Below are positions 1 to 12,656 of a stretch of 64,000 bases of DNA, piece by piece. Under the pieces are notes generated by a model, which was not told the DNA's origin, searched no databases, and was given only the letters and a program-made list of their open reading frames with translations. The position numbers and the translations under genes are program-made. Each line of letters begins with the position of its first letter. Positions within the stretch are counted from its first letter, which is position 1. Source of the DNA: Octopus sinensis (taxonomy: Eukaryota); the NCBI RefSeq assembly GCF_006345805.1, contig NC_043021.1, positions 10,912,001-10,976,000 on the forward strand, given 5' to 3'.

Positions 1-154
1 ACGTCTATGTTTAGCATATAGGGTGTCCACTTTAGTGGTCATTCCTCTTAATTTTGTATGTAACACAATTTTTAATCTTCAGATTTTTAAATATGCTAAT
101 CCACTGGTTTTAATTGATTAACATCAATTTCTACCCTTATTATTTAATTTTATA

Positions 155-576
155 TATATCTATCTATCTATCTATCTGCTCAGTCGAATTCGACTCTCGG
201 TTACTCATTGGATCAGTGTCCTCCAGTCAGTTCTACCCTGGGCCGTTTCTTTCAGATTGGCTATGTCCTTTCCGGTATCACTCTTGATGGTGTCAAGCCA
301 GCGGGTTCTTGGTCGGCCTCTTCCTCTCTTGCCACTGACCATTCTGAGCATGATGTCCTTCTCCAGGTATTTTCTCCGCATAATATGACCGAAATATGCC
401 AATCTATGCTTGGTGATCCTAGCTTCTAGTGACATTTTTGGCCTGATTTGCTTAAGAACTTCTCCATTGGTGAGCTTCGCTGTCCATGGAATCCGTAAAA
501 GTCTTCTCCAACACCAAAGCTCGAATGCATTAATTCTCTTCTGGTCAGCTTTCTTTAGTGTCCAGGTCTCGCATCC
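155..576 (-). mobile_element. RTE-clade LINE 3' fragment with (GATA)n tail; a short copy lies at 31190-31332
   Basis: CETWTLKKAD..RINAFELWCWRRLLRIPW...RLAYFGHIMR...GKRGRGRPRTRW. Confidence 0.9.
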
Positions 577-827
577 ATATGTATATATATATACACACAC
601 ATACACATATCAAATTCTCTCACAAGGTTTTGGTCAGCCCAAGTTTATAGTAAAAACACTTGTCAAAGGTGCTACACAATGGGACTGAACTCAGAACCAT
701 GTGGCTGGAAAGCAAAATTCTTACCACACAACTGCCAGTAAAGCGACGCAGGTAACGATCATATTTGAATGGTGTTTTTTACATGCCATGACTGCACCTA
801 TTTGCATAAATATTCCATTAAACTTAC

Positions 828-965
828 CTGTTTGACAGGTGTCACCCATGTAACCAGCTGCACACCCTCCACTAGAACAGATTCCAGTTTCAGCGATGCA
901 CTTGCTGTTGTCAGCACAATGGCATGTGCCTGCACAATTGGCACCAAATTTCCCTGTTGCACATT
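828..965 (-). CDS. Coding exon 9: EGF-like repeat (K)CATGKFGANCAGTCHCADNSKCIAETGICSSGGCAAGYMGDTCQT; gene continues beyond the window
   Basis: 138 nt, acceptor cctttactttgtAG, donor G|GTAAGT, phase 1-1, 8 Cys. Confidence 0.92.
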
Positions 966-2574
966 CTACAAAGTAAAGGCAGAAGGAGAAGTTATGAAGT
1001 TTCATTTCATCAATTATTTGTGACAAACTGACGTTCAACTTAACAATATTCAGAGCAAGGATTAACTTTTTAGTATTCAAACCAGCCATATTAGGCCAAA
1101 ATATTTTGCCTGTTTTATGTTCAAACCAGCCAGACTCTGCCTCTCACACCTACCCTTCAATGTCATTCTAATGGCAACCCTATAACATTCAGATTACTTT
1201 CTCAAATGTGCTGAGACCCCCTTTGGTCATGAATGACCATGCGATTGATTGCACCTAGAAAGTTACCGTCCCAGGTACAAGTCCAGGTTGTTTATGGAAG
1301 GCCAGCAGTCTCCCATGCATACCAGCCTCCCCTCTCCACACCACTGATGTTATCCAAGAGAAAGGCAAAGAGGCCGATACAGCTTGGCACCAGTGGATGT
1401 TGCAACTCATTTCTACAGCTGTGTGAACTGGAGTAACGTGAAATAAAGTGTCTTGCTTAAGAACACAACACATAGCTCGGTCTAGGATTCGAACTCACAA
1501 CCTCACGATCGTAAGCTCGACGCTCTAACCACTGAGCCATGTGCCTTCACAAATACAATGCTTACTTATTCACGTTGTTTTGAATTAATCGTGCTTTATC
1601 ATGTAGATTCAAGATTTTGAAGATGTGATTGTTTATTTATAGAATGACATTGTAGGGTAGGTGTGAGAGGCCAAATACAGCCAGTTAAACTCTTTAGCAT
1701 TCAGATTACTCTGTCAAATGTAACGCTTATTTATTCACATTGTGTTGAATTAATCCTGTATTATCATGTAACTTTGAGATTTAAATGATGTGATCATTTT
1801 TTTTTAGAATGACATTGTTAGGTAGGTGTGAGATGCCAGATATGGCCAGTCAAACCCTTTAGCATTCAGGTTACTCTGTCAAATGTAATGATTATTTATT
1901 CATTTTTTAACTCTTTTACTTGTTTCAGTCATTTGACTGTGGCCATGCTGGAGCACCGCCTTTAGTCGAGCAAATCGACCCCAGGACTTATTCATTGTTA
2001 GCCTAATACTTATTCTATCGGTCTCTTTTGCTGAACCGCTAAGTTACGGGGATGTAGACACACCAGCATAGGCTATCAAGCGATGTTGGGGGACAAACAA
2101 AGACACACAAACAACTTAGCTTTTCATCTCTTGGGAGTCGATAAAATAAAGTATGAGTCAAATACTGAGTCATTTGAACCAAGTAACTCCTTACCTGAAA
2201 ATTGGTGGCCATCCCTCTAAATCAGAAACCATCACCAACACTATTATTATTAAGGCGGTGAACTGACAAAGTCGTTAGAACGCTGGGCCCAATGCATAGC
2301 CATATTTCATCCGTCTCCACGTTGTCTGTTAAAATTCTGTGTGAGGTCAACTTTGCCTTTCATCCTTTTGGGCTCGATAAAATAAGTACCAGTTAAACAC
2401 TGGGGTCTATGCAATTGGACTTAACCCACCCCCTCCCACTTCCCCTGAAATTGCTAGCCTTGTGTCAAAATGTCAAAATTTGAAATCATTGTTATTAGTA
2501 CTTGATGAAAACTCTCAGCTGGGTATGATGGAAAGTCTCAGCTTCCCATAGCTGACTCAGGTGACACCTGTTTA

Positions 2575-2765
2575 CTAGTCAGACTCCAAGAACCCTGCAG
2601 AGAATTCTTGCAGAGCCAAGCAATGCTGATTTATGTGGGAAATTCTATCTTTACATTTTGAGTCATGTTGGTAGTTGAGTGCTGATACTTCCAAGCGAAC
2701 CAATCACTACTGGTATCATGTCCCCTTTTTTTCATTGCCCACAACCTACGCATTTCTCATTTTAG
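2575..2765 (-). mobile_element. R4-like (restriction-like endonuclease) LINE C-terminal fragment; a second piece lies at about 3690-3790
   Basis: MRRLWAMK..DMIPVVIGSLGSI...KSALLGSARILCRVL; second copy EIRRLWPMKRVDMIPIVTGAPG. Confidence 0.65.
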
Positions 2766-3011
2766 TTCATTACTATTATTGTTGTTGTTGTCGTAATCAT
2801 TGTTACTATCTTTACTCTTTTACTTGTTTCAGTCATTTGACTGTGGCCATGCTGGAGCACCACCTTTAGTCAAGCAAATCCACCCTAGGACTTATTCTTT
2901 GTAAGCCTAGTACTTATTCTATTGGTCTCTTTTGCCAAACCGCTAAGTTACTGGGATGTCAATACACCAGCATCGGTTATCAAGCGATATGGGGGAACAA
3001 ACACAGACACA

Positions 3012-3054
<43 letters not shown>

Positions 3055-3199
3055 GACGGGCTTTTCTCAGTTTCCGTCTACCAAATCCACTCACAAGGCT
3101 TTGGTCGGCCTGAGGCTATAGTAGAAGTCACTTGCCCAAGATGCCATGCAGTGGGACTGAACCTGGATCCATGCGGTTCGTAAGCAAGCTACATACCAC

Positions 3200-3233
3200 A
3201 CAGCCTGTTATTTTTTTATCATCATTATCATCA

Positions 3234-3276
<43 letters not shown>

Positions 3277-3835
3277 GATTATTTTTATCATTATTATTAT
3301 CATTATTATTATTATTATTATCGTTATTATCATCATCATCATCATTATTCAACATTTGGTAGTTTCATGCAGTTTTCTACTGCATGACCTGCTACACCCC
3401 CCTGTTGCTGGGTTTGTGCGTGCAGCATTGTATGTTCTTTTTTGTTGTTGGGGAGTGTGAACTCTTCTCGTTAATTGTGTTGCGTCAGTTTCGTTTTTCT
3501 TTTATGAGGTGTGGTGCAGCCTTTTGTTGCATTACTGTTTGTATTGTGTCTTATGTGTGTAATGTGTTGGGTATCCAGTCTGCTGGTGGAATTTTATTGA
3601 ATTGGATATTTCCTGTCTGTTTAGTATTTTTTGTCTGTGGATTGTGTTGTTTAGTTTGTATTATTGAATTGATAGTGTCTTGCATAGGATATGGGTTTCC
3701 AGGTGCACCAGTTACTATTGGTATCATGTCTACTCTCTTCATTGGCCACAACCTTCGTATTTCTGCTCTGTTGTCTATTCTGTATTTTATGTAGTTTGTT
3801 CTTAGTGATTGTTCTTAAGCAGCACATATTAGAGC

Positions 3836-3873
<38 letters not shown>

Positions 3874-4170
3874 AAATCTTGATTGGAAGAAGAAGAAGAA
3901 GAAGAAGAAGAAGAAGAAGAAGAAGAAGAAGAGGAGGAGGAGGAGGAGGAGAAGAAGAAGAACAAGAAGAAGAAGAAGAAGTACAAGAAGGAAGAAGAAG
4001 AAAGAAGAAGAAGTAAAGAAGAAGAACAAGAAGAAATAGAAAGAAAGAAGAAGAAGAAAAAGAAGAAGGTGATGATGCAGAAGAAGAAGAAGAAGAAGAA
4101 GAAGAAGAAGACGACAGCAGCAGCAACAAAAGGAGGAAAACAAAAGCGACAACAACAGCAATAACAATGA
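3200..4170. repeat. (ATT)n/(ATC)n blocks at 3200-3350 and 3840-3870 and a (GAA)n block at 3885-4110
   Basis: Direct inspection. Confidence 0.9.
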
Positions 4171-4185
4171 TAAAGGTGTACTAAC

Positions 4186-4323
4186 TTTGACAGACGCCGT
4201 TTACAAGAACGAATCCATTGTTGCAACCATACAGACATTTGCCTGTGAATTGGTTACATTGCTTATTCTTACAGGTAGAACAGTGTTCTTTGCATTTGGC
4301 ACCGTAGAATCCAGGCAGACATT
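4186..4323 (-). CDS. Coding exon 8: EGF-like repeat (Q)CLPGFYGAKCKEHCSTCKNKQCNQFTGKCLYGCNNGFVLVNGVCQ
   Basis: 138 nt, acceptor tttcatctccacAG, donor A|GTTAGT, phase 1-1, 8 Cys. Confidence 0.92.
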
Positions 4324-5413
4324 CTGTGGAGATGAAACAAGAAAAAAAAAAATTTGAAAAAAAACCAAAAATAACGAATCTCCCCACCCCTCCCCCAACC
4401 CCTCACCTACAACTTCTTCAATCTTAATCATCATCACTACCACTGCTACCACCACCACCACCACCACCACCACCACTATAATCATCATCATCATTATTAT
4501 TTTAATGTCTGCTTTCTTCCTCATCGCATACCTTGTGTGTCAGCTACATCTATGATCCAGCATAGTTTGTTTCCTTCTCAATTAAGACTATGTCCGGCTT
4601 CCTATTCTCAATCTCATGGTTGCATTGAATTATAGGGTCGAATGGAATTTATCGTGTGTGGCAGGGGGAGCAGATTTTCTGCAGTTGGATGCCCTTCCTG
4701 CCACCAGTTCTCTGTTATTATACTGAACGATTTGTAGGGGTTTTTTTAAAATACAAACTGAATGGTTTGTAGCTTGAGGTAAAATTCTTGATATTGTACT
4801 AAATAATTTATAAGGTTTTTTTTTGTTGTAGTTTCATTTGTACTCTTTTACTCTTATATTTGTTTCAGCCATTTGATTGTGGCCATGCTGGAGCACCACC
4901 TTTAGTCAAGCAAATCGACCCCAGAATTTATTCTTTGTAAGCCTAGTACTTATTCTATCAGTCTCTTTTGCCAAACGACTAAGTTATGGGGACATAAACA
5001 CACCAGCATCGGTTGTCAAGCGATGTTGGGGACAAACAGTCACACAAACATATACACACAGATACATACATACATATATATATAAATATATATATACGAC
5101 GGACTTCTTTCAGTTTCCATCTACCAAATCCACTCATCAGGCTTTAGTCAGCCCGAGGCTATAGTAGAAGATACTTGCCCAAGGTGCCACGCAGTGGGAC
5201 TGAACCCGGAACCATGTGGCTGGTAAGCAAGCTACTTATCACACAGCCACTCCTACGCCTGTAGCTTAAAACCTGTATATCAAAGAAGATATCTATAATG
5301 TTTCAGTGGATTAATTTATAAATCTAGCATTAAGAGCCATGAAATATATGTCTTAAGTGTAATCTATATCACTATATTCATTGTTAAATTTAAGATATAA
5401 GTTATCATCAAAA

Positions 5414-5641
5414 TCTATAAATCTGAAATGCGAAAAAGTTGTTTGATTTCTTGGTTATTTGTCTCATTTTGGAATGGGAACAGTTTAAGGTGTGGTAGAT
5501 GGGGTCGGACTGGCACCAAAATTTACACTGGGGGGTAAAATGGGGTGGGCAATGGTGTGAGGAGGGTTGCAAGACACTCGGGGCTACCGTTTGGTTGCCA
5601 TCACCACCAAAACCCGAGCGAAGCACGGGTCAAAAAGCTAG
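5414..5641 (+). mobile_element. Non-autonomous Helitron (228 bp)
   Basis: A|TCTATAAATC 5' end, CCCG-agcgaagca-CGGG hairpin, CTAG|T 3' end. Confidence 0.75.
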
Positions 5642-6544
5642 TCTTTATATAAAATGATTATAAGTATAAAAATTAAATTTAATAATAATAATAATAATAT
5701 ATAAATAATTTTATAAAAGGCCCTATCATGATTAAAAACATTTCTATTCTAAGTACGTATTTCCGGTTATTTTTCCGTAAGCAATGAATGTATAAATATA
5801 TGAACATTGATTTATGGTGGTATTTTCCTTTGATAAACTCAGTAACTGTGTTCTATATTTGTTATTTCCGAAGAGTAATGGTTATATTAATATGAATAAA
5901 TAAATTAGAATGATTATTATATATACTCTTTACTCTTTTACTTGTTTCAGTCATTTGACTGTGGCCATGCTGGAGCACCACCTTTAGTCAAGTAAATTGA
6001 CCCCAGGGCTTATTCTTTGTAAGCCTAGTACTTATTCTATCAGTCTCTTTTGCCGAACTGCTAAGTTACGGGGAGGTAAACACACCAGCATCGGTTGTCA
6101 AGTAATGTTGGGAAGACAAACACAGACACACAAACACATACACACACATACATATATATATATATACATATATACGACGGGCTTCTTTCAGTTTCCATCT
6201 ACCAAATCCACTCACAAGGCTTTGGTCGGCCTGAGGCTATAGTAGAAGACACTTGCCCAAGGTGCCTTGTAGTGGGACTGAACTCTGAACCATGTGGTCA
6301 GTAAGCAATCTTCCTAACATATAAATCTTATCATATAATAAAATGGGTTAAATTATCCCTAGATTAATATTATTGGAGATTCATAAGAACATTTTATGAC
6401 CATTGCAATTTTTCTTTACTTATTCTATTTATTTGAATTTTGTTTTTGCTTTTATTATATTTGTTATATTTTTGAATTATTAACACTACACTTGTAAACA
6501 CAGGTATATTTTAAATCAGTTTCTTTTATGATTTAGTAGTTCTT

Positions 6545-6955
6545 ACTCTTTTTACTTGTTTCAGTCATTTGACTGCGACCATACTGGAGCACCGCCTTTT
6601 TTTAGTCGAGCAAATCGACCCCGGGACTTATTCTTTGTAAGCCCAGTACTTATTCTATCGGTCTCTTTTGCCGAACCGCTAAGTGACGGGGACGTAAACA
6701 CACCAGCATCGGTTGTCAAGCAATGCTAGGGGGACAAACACAGACACACAAACACACACACACATACATATATATATATTTACATATATACAACAGGCTT
6801 CTTTCAGTTTCTGTCTACCAAATCCACTCACAAGGCATTGGTCGGCCGGGGCTATAGCAGAAGAAACTTGCCCAAGATGCCACGCAGTGGGACTGAACCC
6901 GGAACCATGTGGTTGGTTAGCAAGCTACTTACCACACAGCCACTCCTGTGCCTAT
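6545..6955 (-). mobile_element. tRNA-derived SINE family A (about 400 bp, central microsatellite, TAAAAGAG-type tail); about 25 copies or fragments in the window
   Basis: A box gtggctgtgtgg, B box ggttcagtccc, CORE-like accttgggcaagtgtctt. Other copies (-): 2810-3205, 4840-5260, 5925-6315, 32965-33352, 42920-43300, 48745-49165, 51530-51955, 59335-59735, 61795-62175, 62195-62575. Other copies (+): 24645-25080, 31333-31860, 40138-40550, 52710-53255. Confidence 0.9.
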
Positions 6956-7384
6956 ATGGAATTTTTGTGTTTTTTGAACAAATATTACCCTGAGGAGACT
7001 CATATGCATAAATGGGAATTTTATAAATTCACTTGAGGATATGAGTTGAAACAAATTGTCGGATTTATATTTGTTTTAATTATTTGTTATATTATATCAT
7101 ATCATATCATCTTATATTATATTATATCTTTTTATGGTATAATTATATCATATTATAATGTAAATAAATTTTTAATATGTCAATTGTATTTCTCTATTTC
7201 CTTTAATATTTGTATATTGTAATATACCATTTTTTTGGGAAGTACTAGTGAAAATTGGATGTTTTCCATCCTTTAGAAGAAAATGGTTTTTGCCTTGGTA
7301 TGATATATATATATATATACACATATATATACATATACACACAGACACACACATATTCATACACACACGCACACATACATACAT

Positions 7385-8100
7385 ATATATCATCATCATT
7401 ATCATTTAATGACTGCTTTCCATGCTGGCAAGGGTTGTACGGTTTGACCGAGGACTGGTGAGCCAGAGGCTGCACCTGGCTGAATCTGATCAGGCAAAGT
7501 TTCTACGGCTGGATGCCCTTCCTAATGCCAACCACTCCGAGAGTGTAGTGGGTGCTTTTACGTGCTACTGGCACGACGGCCAGTTGGGCGGTACTGGCAA
7601 TGACCACGCTCAAAAGGTGTTTTTTACGTGCTACCTGCACAGGAGCCAGTCTGGCGCCACTGGCAACAACCACGCTCGAATGTTGTTTTTCACATGCCAC
7701 CGGTACAGGAGCCAATCCGTGGCCCTGGCAACAATCATGCTCAGATGTGCTTTTAACGTTCCACTGGCATGAGTGCCAATCAGGCGGTACCATCATTGGC
7801 CATGTCAGCGATTTTGATTTGTTTTCACTTGCCTTAATAGGTCTTTGCAAGCACAGTTCATTGTCCAATGAGTGAGGGGTACACATAAGTGGGCCAGTTA
7901 CACCCCATGTTTGGATGTCCTTTTAACGTTCCACTTGCACGAGTGCCAATGAGGCGGTACTGTCATCGGCCACATCAGCAATTTTGATTTTGATTTCACT
8001 TGCCTCAATAGGTCTTCGCAAGCAAAAATATTGTCCAAAGAATGAGGGTTATTCATAAGCGGGCTGGTTAGACACACAGGCATAGGCCATGGTCCATGGT
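7385..8100 (-). mobile_element. RTE-tail-related repeat family D with (GAT)n end and an internal 169-bp duplication; copies at 15170-15345, 22620-22950, 33540-33665, 38815-39215, 42080-42330, 56850-56985
   Basis: catcatcgtttaacgtccgctttccatgctagcatgggttggacgg...ggatgcccttcctaatgccaacc; the same tail ends the RTE relic at 43450. Confidence 0.75.
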
Positions 8101-8323
8101 CACACTTATATATAGATACATATACATATATATGACAGGCTTCTTACAGTTCCCTCCTACCAAATCCACACTCACAAGGCCTTGGTTGGCCTGAGAGGCT
8201 ATAGTAGAAAACACTTGCCCAAGGCGCCATGCAGTGGGACTGAACCCAGAAGCATGTGGTTGAGAAGCAAGCTTCTTACCACACAGCTATGCCTGCACCT
8301 ATTATTTTATTATATACACACAT

Positions 8324-8760
8324 CATGAACATCATTGTTTGATATGCACTTTCCCATGAACATCATTGTTTGATATGCACTTTCCCATGAACATCATTGT
8401 TTGATATGCACTTTCCCATGAACATCATTGTTGATATGCACTTTCCATGAACATCATTGTTTGATATGCACTTTCCCATGAACATCATTGTTTGATATGC
8501 ACTTTCCCATGAACATCATTGTTTGATATGCACTTTCCCATGAACATCATTGTTTGATATGCACTTTCCCATGAACATCATTGTTTGATATGCACTTTCC
8601 CATGAACATCATTGTTTGATATGCACTTTCCCATGAACATCATTGTTTGATATGCACTTTCCCATGAACATCATTGGTTGATATGCACTTTCCCATGAAC
8701 ATCATTGTTTGATATGCACTTTCCCATGAACATCATTGTTTGATATGCACTTTCCCATGC
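8324..8760. repeat. Minisatellite, 14 x 31-bp unit catgaacatcattgtttgatatgcactttcc
   Basis: Unit starts at 8324, 8355, 8386 ... 8725 (one 29-bp unit); no spacers. Confidence 0.95.
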
Positions 8761-8799
8761 TTGCATGGGTTGGATGGAATTTATTGAGAGTATACTTAC

Positions 8800-8988
8800 G
8801 TAGGACCTCCACTTCACACAAGCTAAGATCAGGGCCTTTATACAGGATTATTGTGATCTTACTTCCTTTGGCAGGACTGTCACACTGGACATCGATAACT
8901 GTAATTCTCTCAAGATCAGTAAATTTTTTGCATATTCTATTCACATTGTTTATGGATACCAAAATTAAAAATGAGAATTTCTCATGCA
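8800..8988 (-). CDS. Coding exon 7: F-type lectin-like domain, C-half ((V)HEKFSFLILV...DVQCDSPAKGSKITIILYKGPDLSLCEVEVL)
   Basis: 189 nt, acceptor ttttcttttccAG, donor C|GTAAGT, phase 1-1, ends in the typical LSLCEVEV motif. Confidence 0.92.
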
Positions 8989-9039
8989 CTGGAAAAGAAA
9001 AAAACAGGAAGATAGATAGATACAGCAAAAATAGCTCTG

Positions 9040-9068
9040 TATATGTGTGTATGTGTTGTGTGTATGGT

Positions 9069-9099
<31 letters not shown>

Positions 9100-9670
9100 G
9101 CGAATGTGTGTGCATGTGTGTATGTGTGTCGTGTGTGTGTGCATGTGTGTCGTGCTTGTGTGTCGTGTGTGTGTGTGTTAGTGTGTGTGCGTATATGAGT
9201 GTGTGTAAGCATCTGTGTGTGAGAGTGTGAGAGTGCGAGAGTGTGTGTATGTGTGAGTGTGTGAGTGTGCATGTGTGAATGTGCATGTGGGTGTGTGTGC
9301 ATGTGTGTATGTGTGGGTGTGTGTGTGAATGTGTGAATGTGTGTATGTGTGTCATGTGTGTGTTAGTGTGTCATGTGTGTGTTAGTGTGTGAGTGTGTGT
9401 ATATGAATGTGTGTGTGAGACTGTGTCTAAGTGTGTGTGCATATGAGTGTGTGTAAGCATGTGTGTGTGACAGTGCGTGAGACTGTGCAAGTGTGTGTAT
9501 GTGTGAGTGTGTGAGTGTACATGTGTGAATGTGTATGTGGGTGTGTGTGTATGTGTGGGTGTGTGTGTGCATGCATGTATGTGTGGGTTGGTGTGTGAAT
9601 GTGTGTATGTGTGTTGTTTATGTGTGTGAGTGTGCATGTGTGTGTGTGTGTGGTGTGTGTGTGGTGACAA
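9040..9670. repeat. Degenerate (TG)n tract
   Basis: Direct inspection; source of the His/Thr junk ORFs. Confidence 0.95.
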
Positions 9671-10699
9671 CTTTCCATAATGAAATCTAAACAGTGACGA
9701 ATGTCTAAAAGAATTTATTGACTTCCCATGTATAGATTTACATGGAGCTTTGAGAAAATGGAAGTTTAGAGAAGGAGTGGCTTAGGACAGCATTTCTTGT
9801 CATGGGGTATGTGAAAAAAATACTTTGATTTCTGTGGCACAAGATGTTTTTTTAATAATATTTAATACTATAAGGGCGGCGAGCTGGCAGAATTGTTAGT
9901 ACGCTGGGTGAAATGCTTAGCAGTATTTCGTCTGCTGTTACATTCTGAGTTCAAATTCCACCGAGGTCGACTTTGCCTTTCATCCTATCGGGGTCGATAA
10001 ATTAAGTACCAGTTATGCACTGGGGTCAATGTAATCGGCTTAATCCATTTGTCTGTCCTTGTTTGTCCCCTCTGTGTTTAGCCGCTTGTGGGCATTAAAG
10101 AAATAGGTATTTCGTCTGTCTTTACATTCTGAGTTCAAATTCCCCTGAGGTCGATTGTGCCTTTCATCCTTTCAGGGTCGATAAATTAAGTACCAGTTAT
10201 GCACTGGGGTCGATGTAATCGACTTAATCCATTTGTCTGTCCTTGTTTGTCCCCTCTGTGTTTAGCCACTTGTGGGCATTAAAGAAATAGGTATTTCGTC
10301 TGTCATTACATTCTGAGTTCAAATTCCCCTGAGGTCGATTGTGCCTTTCATCCTTTCAGGGTCGATAAATTAAGTACCAGTTGCATACTGGGGTCAATCT
10401 AAACGACTGGCTCCCTCCCCGTAAATTTAGGGCCTTGTGCCTAGAGTAGAAAAAAATAATATTTAATACTATAAGGGCAGCAAGCTAGCAGAATCATTGG
10501 CATGCCAGGTGAAAATCTTAGTGGTATTTCGTCTGCCATTACGTTCTGAGTTCAAATGCCACTGAGGTCAACTTTGTCTTTCATCCTTTTGGGGTTGATT
10601 AAATAAGTACCAGTTACGAACTGGGGATCAATGTAATTGACTTAATCCCTTTGTCTGTCCTTGTTTGTCCCCTCTATGTTTAGCCCCCTGTGGGCAATA

Positions 10700-10880
10700 A
10701 AGATATAATAATAACATCATCGAAAAATACCTTAGGAATGAGAACCCAGGTTCGAAATTTCCCCAAGACACCTGATGAATGCTGGAGGGTATATCAGCCG
10801 AAACATTGCGTTAACAACAAATAAGATGAGGAGAAATATCCATCAAATGTAAATAATGTAAATAATGTAAATAAACTTGG
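10700..10880 (+). mobile_element. Headless copy of the same hammerhead-bearing element (motif 10765-10812)
   Basis: Same body as 17040-17200 (ccttaggaatgagaacccaggttcgaaattt...CTGATGAA..cagccGAAA...aaatgtaaataatgta). Confidence 0.65.
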
Positions 10881-12081
10881 AGGTTTGTTAGAGGTACTTT
10901 ACTGTGGAACATAAATTTGGCAGAGGATGTTAATAGAGGTACTTTATTGAAGAACATAAACTTGGAGTGCTGTTATAGGCATTTCATTAAAGTACATACA
11001 CTTGAGGGGAAATTTTCAACATGCTGAAAAAACCTAGGTGTTACTGGTACTTCATTCATGATTGTAAACCCAGAGGGGTGTTATAGGTTACCTTATTGAA
11101 GAACATAAGGGTAACTGTAAAAAAAACTCAGAGGAAAAAGTTGAGTAAGGCTTTGAGTGAAGCATACATTTTTATGATTTGGTCGGAAGCAAAAGGGCAA
11201 CATTGAAGATGTAAGTGTGGTGGGAGGAGAAGAGGACACTATGTCATGGGAGGAGAAGAGGACATTGTGTGATGGGAGGAGAAAAGAACACTAAGTGAGA
11301 TGGTTACTGCATTAGAAAAACAGTGCATAAGGTATCAGATTGTCCTTATATAAGAGACATTGCATACAACAGATTAGATGGTATTAAGGGTGATTAAGGA
11401 CCAGGTGGTAACAATGAATAGGGGATAATGCAGATTAATATTTGAAATGTGATAATACAAGTTAATATTTGAAATAATCCTTTCTACAATATGCAAGAGG
11501 CCTGAAACATCATTGGAAGAGTAACCCCTAGTGCTCAGCTGGTACTTAATTTTTATCAATCCTGAAAGGATGAAAGTCAAAGACAACCTTAGTGGAATTT
11601 GAACTCAAAACATAAAACCAGAAGAAATGCTGCTAAGCATTTTGTTCAGTGTGCTCACAATTTGGCCAGCTCACCACCTTAATATTTGGGGATCGAGGAA
11701 TTAAGTACCAGTTGTGTACTGCGGTCAATCTAATCGACTGGCCTGCTCCCAAAAAATTTTGGGCCTTGTGCCTAGAGTAGAAAAGAATATTTCTCTCTGG
11801 AAAGGTAGTGAGCTGGCAGAATCGTTAACATGCCAAGCAAAATGCTTAGCGGTTATCTCGTCTGTCTTTACGTTCTGAGTTCAAATTCTGCTGAGGTCGG
11901 CTTTGCCTTTCATCCTTTCGAGGTAGATAAATCAAGTACCAGTTGCGTACTGAGGTAGATCTAATCGACTCCCCATCCCCACCCTATCCCTTCTCCAAAA
12001 ATTTGGGGCCTTGTGCCCAGAATAGAAAGGAATATTTGAAATAATAGAAAAATAACTGAAGAAGCAAAAAAAAACACTTAC

Positions 12082-12339
12082 CCTCGATATAGTTGTAATA
12101 GATCCTCATTTGTGAAATATCGTACGTTTGTTTGAGGTCAACAGTCCAGTATGATCTCTGGGTCTTCACTGAACGAGAACAAGACCTGTGTAGTGGGTTT
12201 TGATCAAAGTTACCATCCACGGCTAGGTTGGCTGCCATTGTGTACGTTTCATTCCGACAAGTGTTTCCATTCATTGCAGTTACACCAGTTGCGCTAGCAG
12301 GTGATTCCTGTGTAGCACTTTTACCAATTGCTATATTTT
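12082..12339 (-). CDS. Coding exon 6: F-type lectin / F5-8C-like domain, N-half (NIAIGKSATQES...ANLAVDGNFDQNPLHRSCSRSVKTQRSYWTVDLKQTYDISQMRIYYNYIE)
   Basis: 258 nt, acceptor ttttcttttcattttAG, donor G|GTAAGT, phase 1-1. Hallmark NIAxGK, A..AVDG and WxVDL motifs. Confidence 0.92.
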
Positions 12340-12516
12340 CTAAAATGAAAAGAAAAGTCTATGAAAGCGGCCAAATTATTCTACCCGTTTTAAGTTTAAA
12401 CTGGCCAGATCTGAAATCTCACACCTAACCTACAATGTCATTCTAAAAATAAACAATCACAGCATGAAAATCTCAAAGCTATGAGATAATGCTTGATTAG
12501 TTTGAAATAATAACTA

Positions 12517-12656
12517 TAAGGTTGTCCCAAAAGTTCGTAGAAAGTCTTGGAAAATAATGGTCTTTATTTTGAGGAATAATTTTTGTTGTTTTGTTAGTAC
12601 TTGGCGAGTAAAAATTCAATTTTCGCAAGTGTTTACGAACTTTTGGGACAACCTAA
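12517..12656. mobile_element. Mariner-type MITE (140 bp)
   Basis: TIRs taaggttgtcccaaaagttcgta / tacgaacttttgggacaacctaa, TA flanks; inserted into a piggyBac-like MITE remnant. Confidence 0.85.

Noticed and set aside
3815-4238. Poly-Glu/Lys/Leu/Phe ORFs
   Set aside because: Translations of (GAA)n microsatellites inside an intron.
5997-6304. Recurrent ORFs such as YQIHSQGFGRPEAIVEDTCPRC
   Set aside because: Chance frames of SINE family A, repeated about 20 times in the window.
8324-8760. CRISPR-like array
   Set aside because: Units are contiguous with no unique spacers, the DNA is eukaryotic, and the unit derives from a retro-element end.
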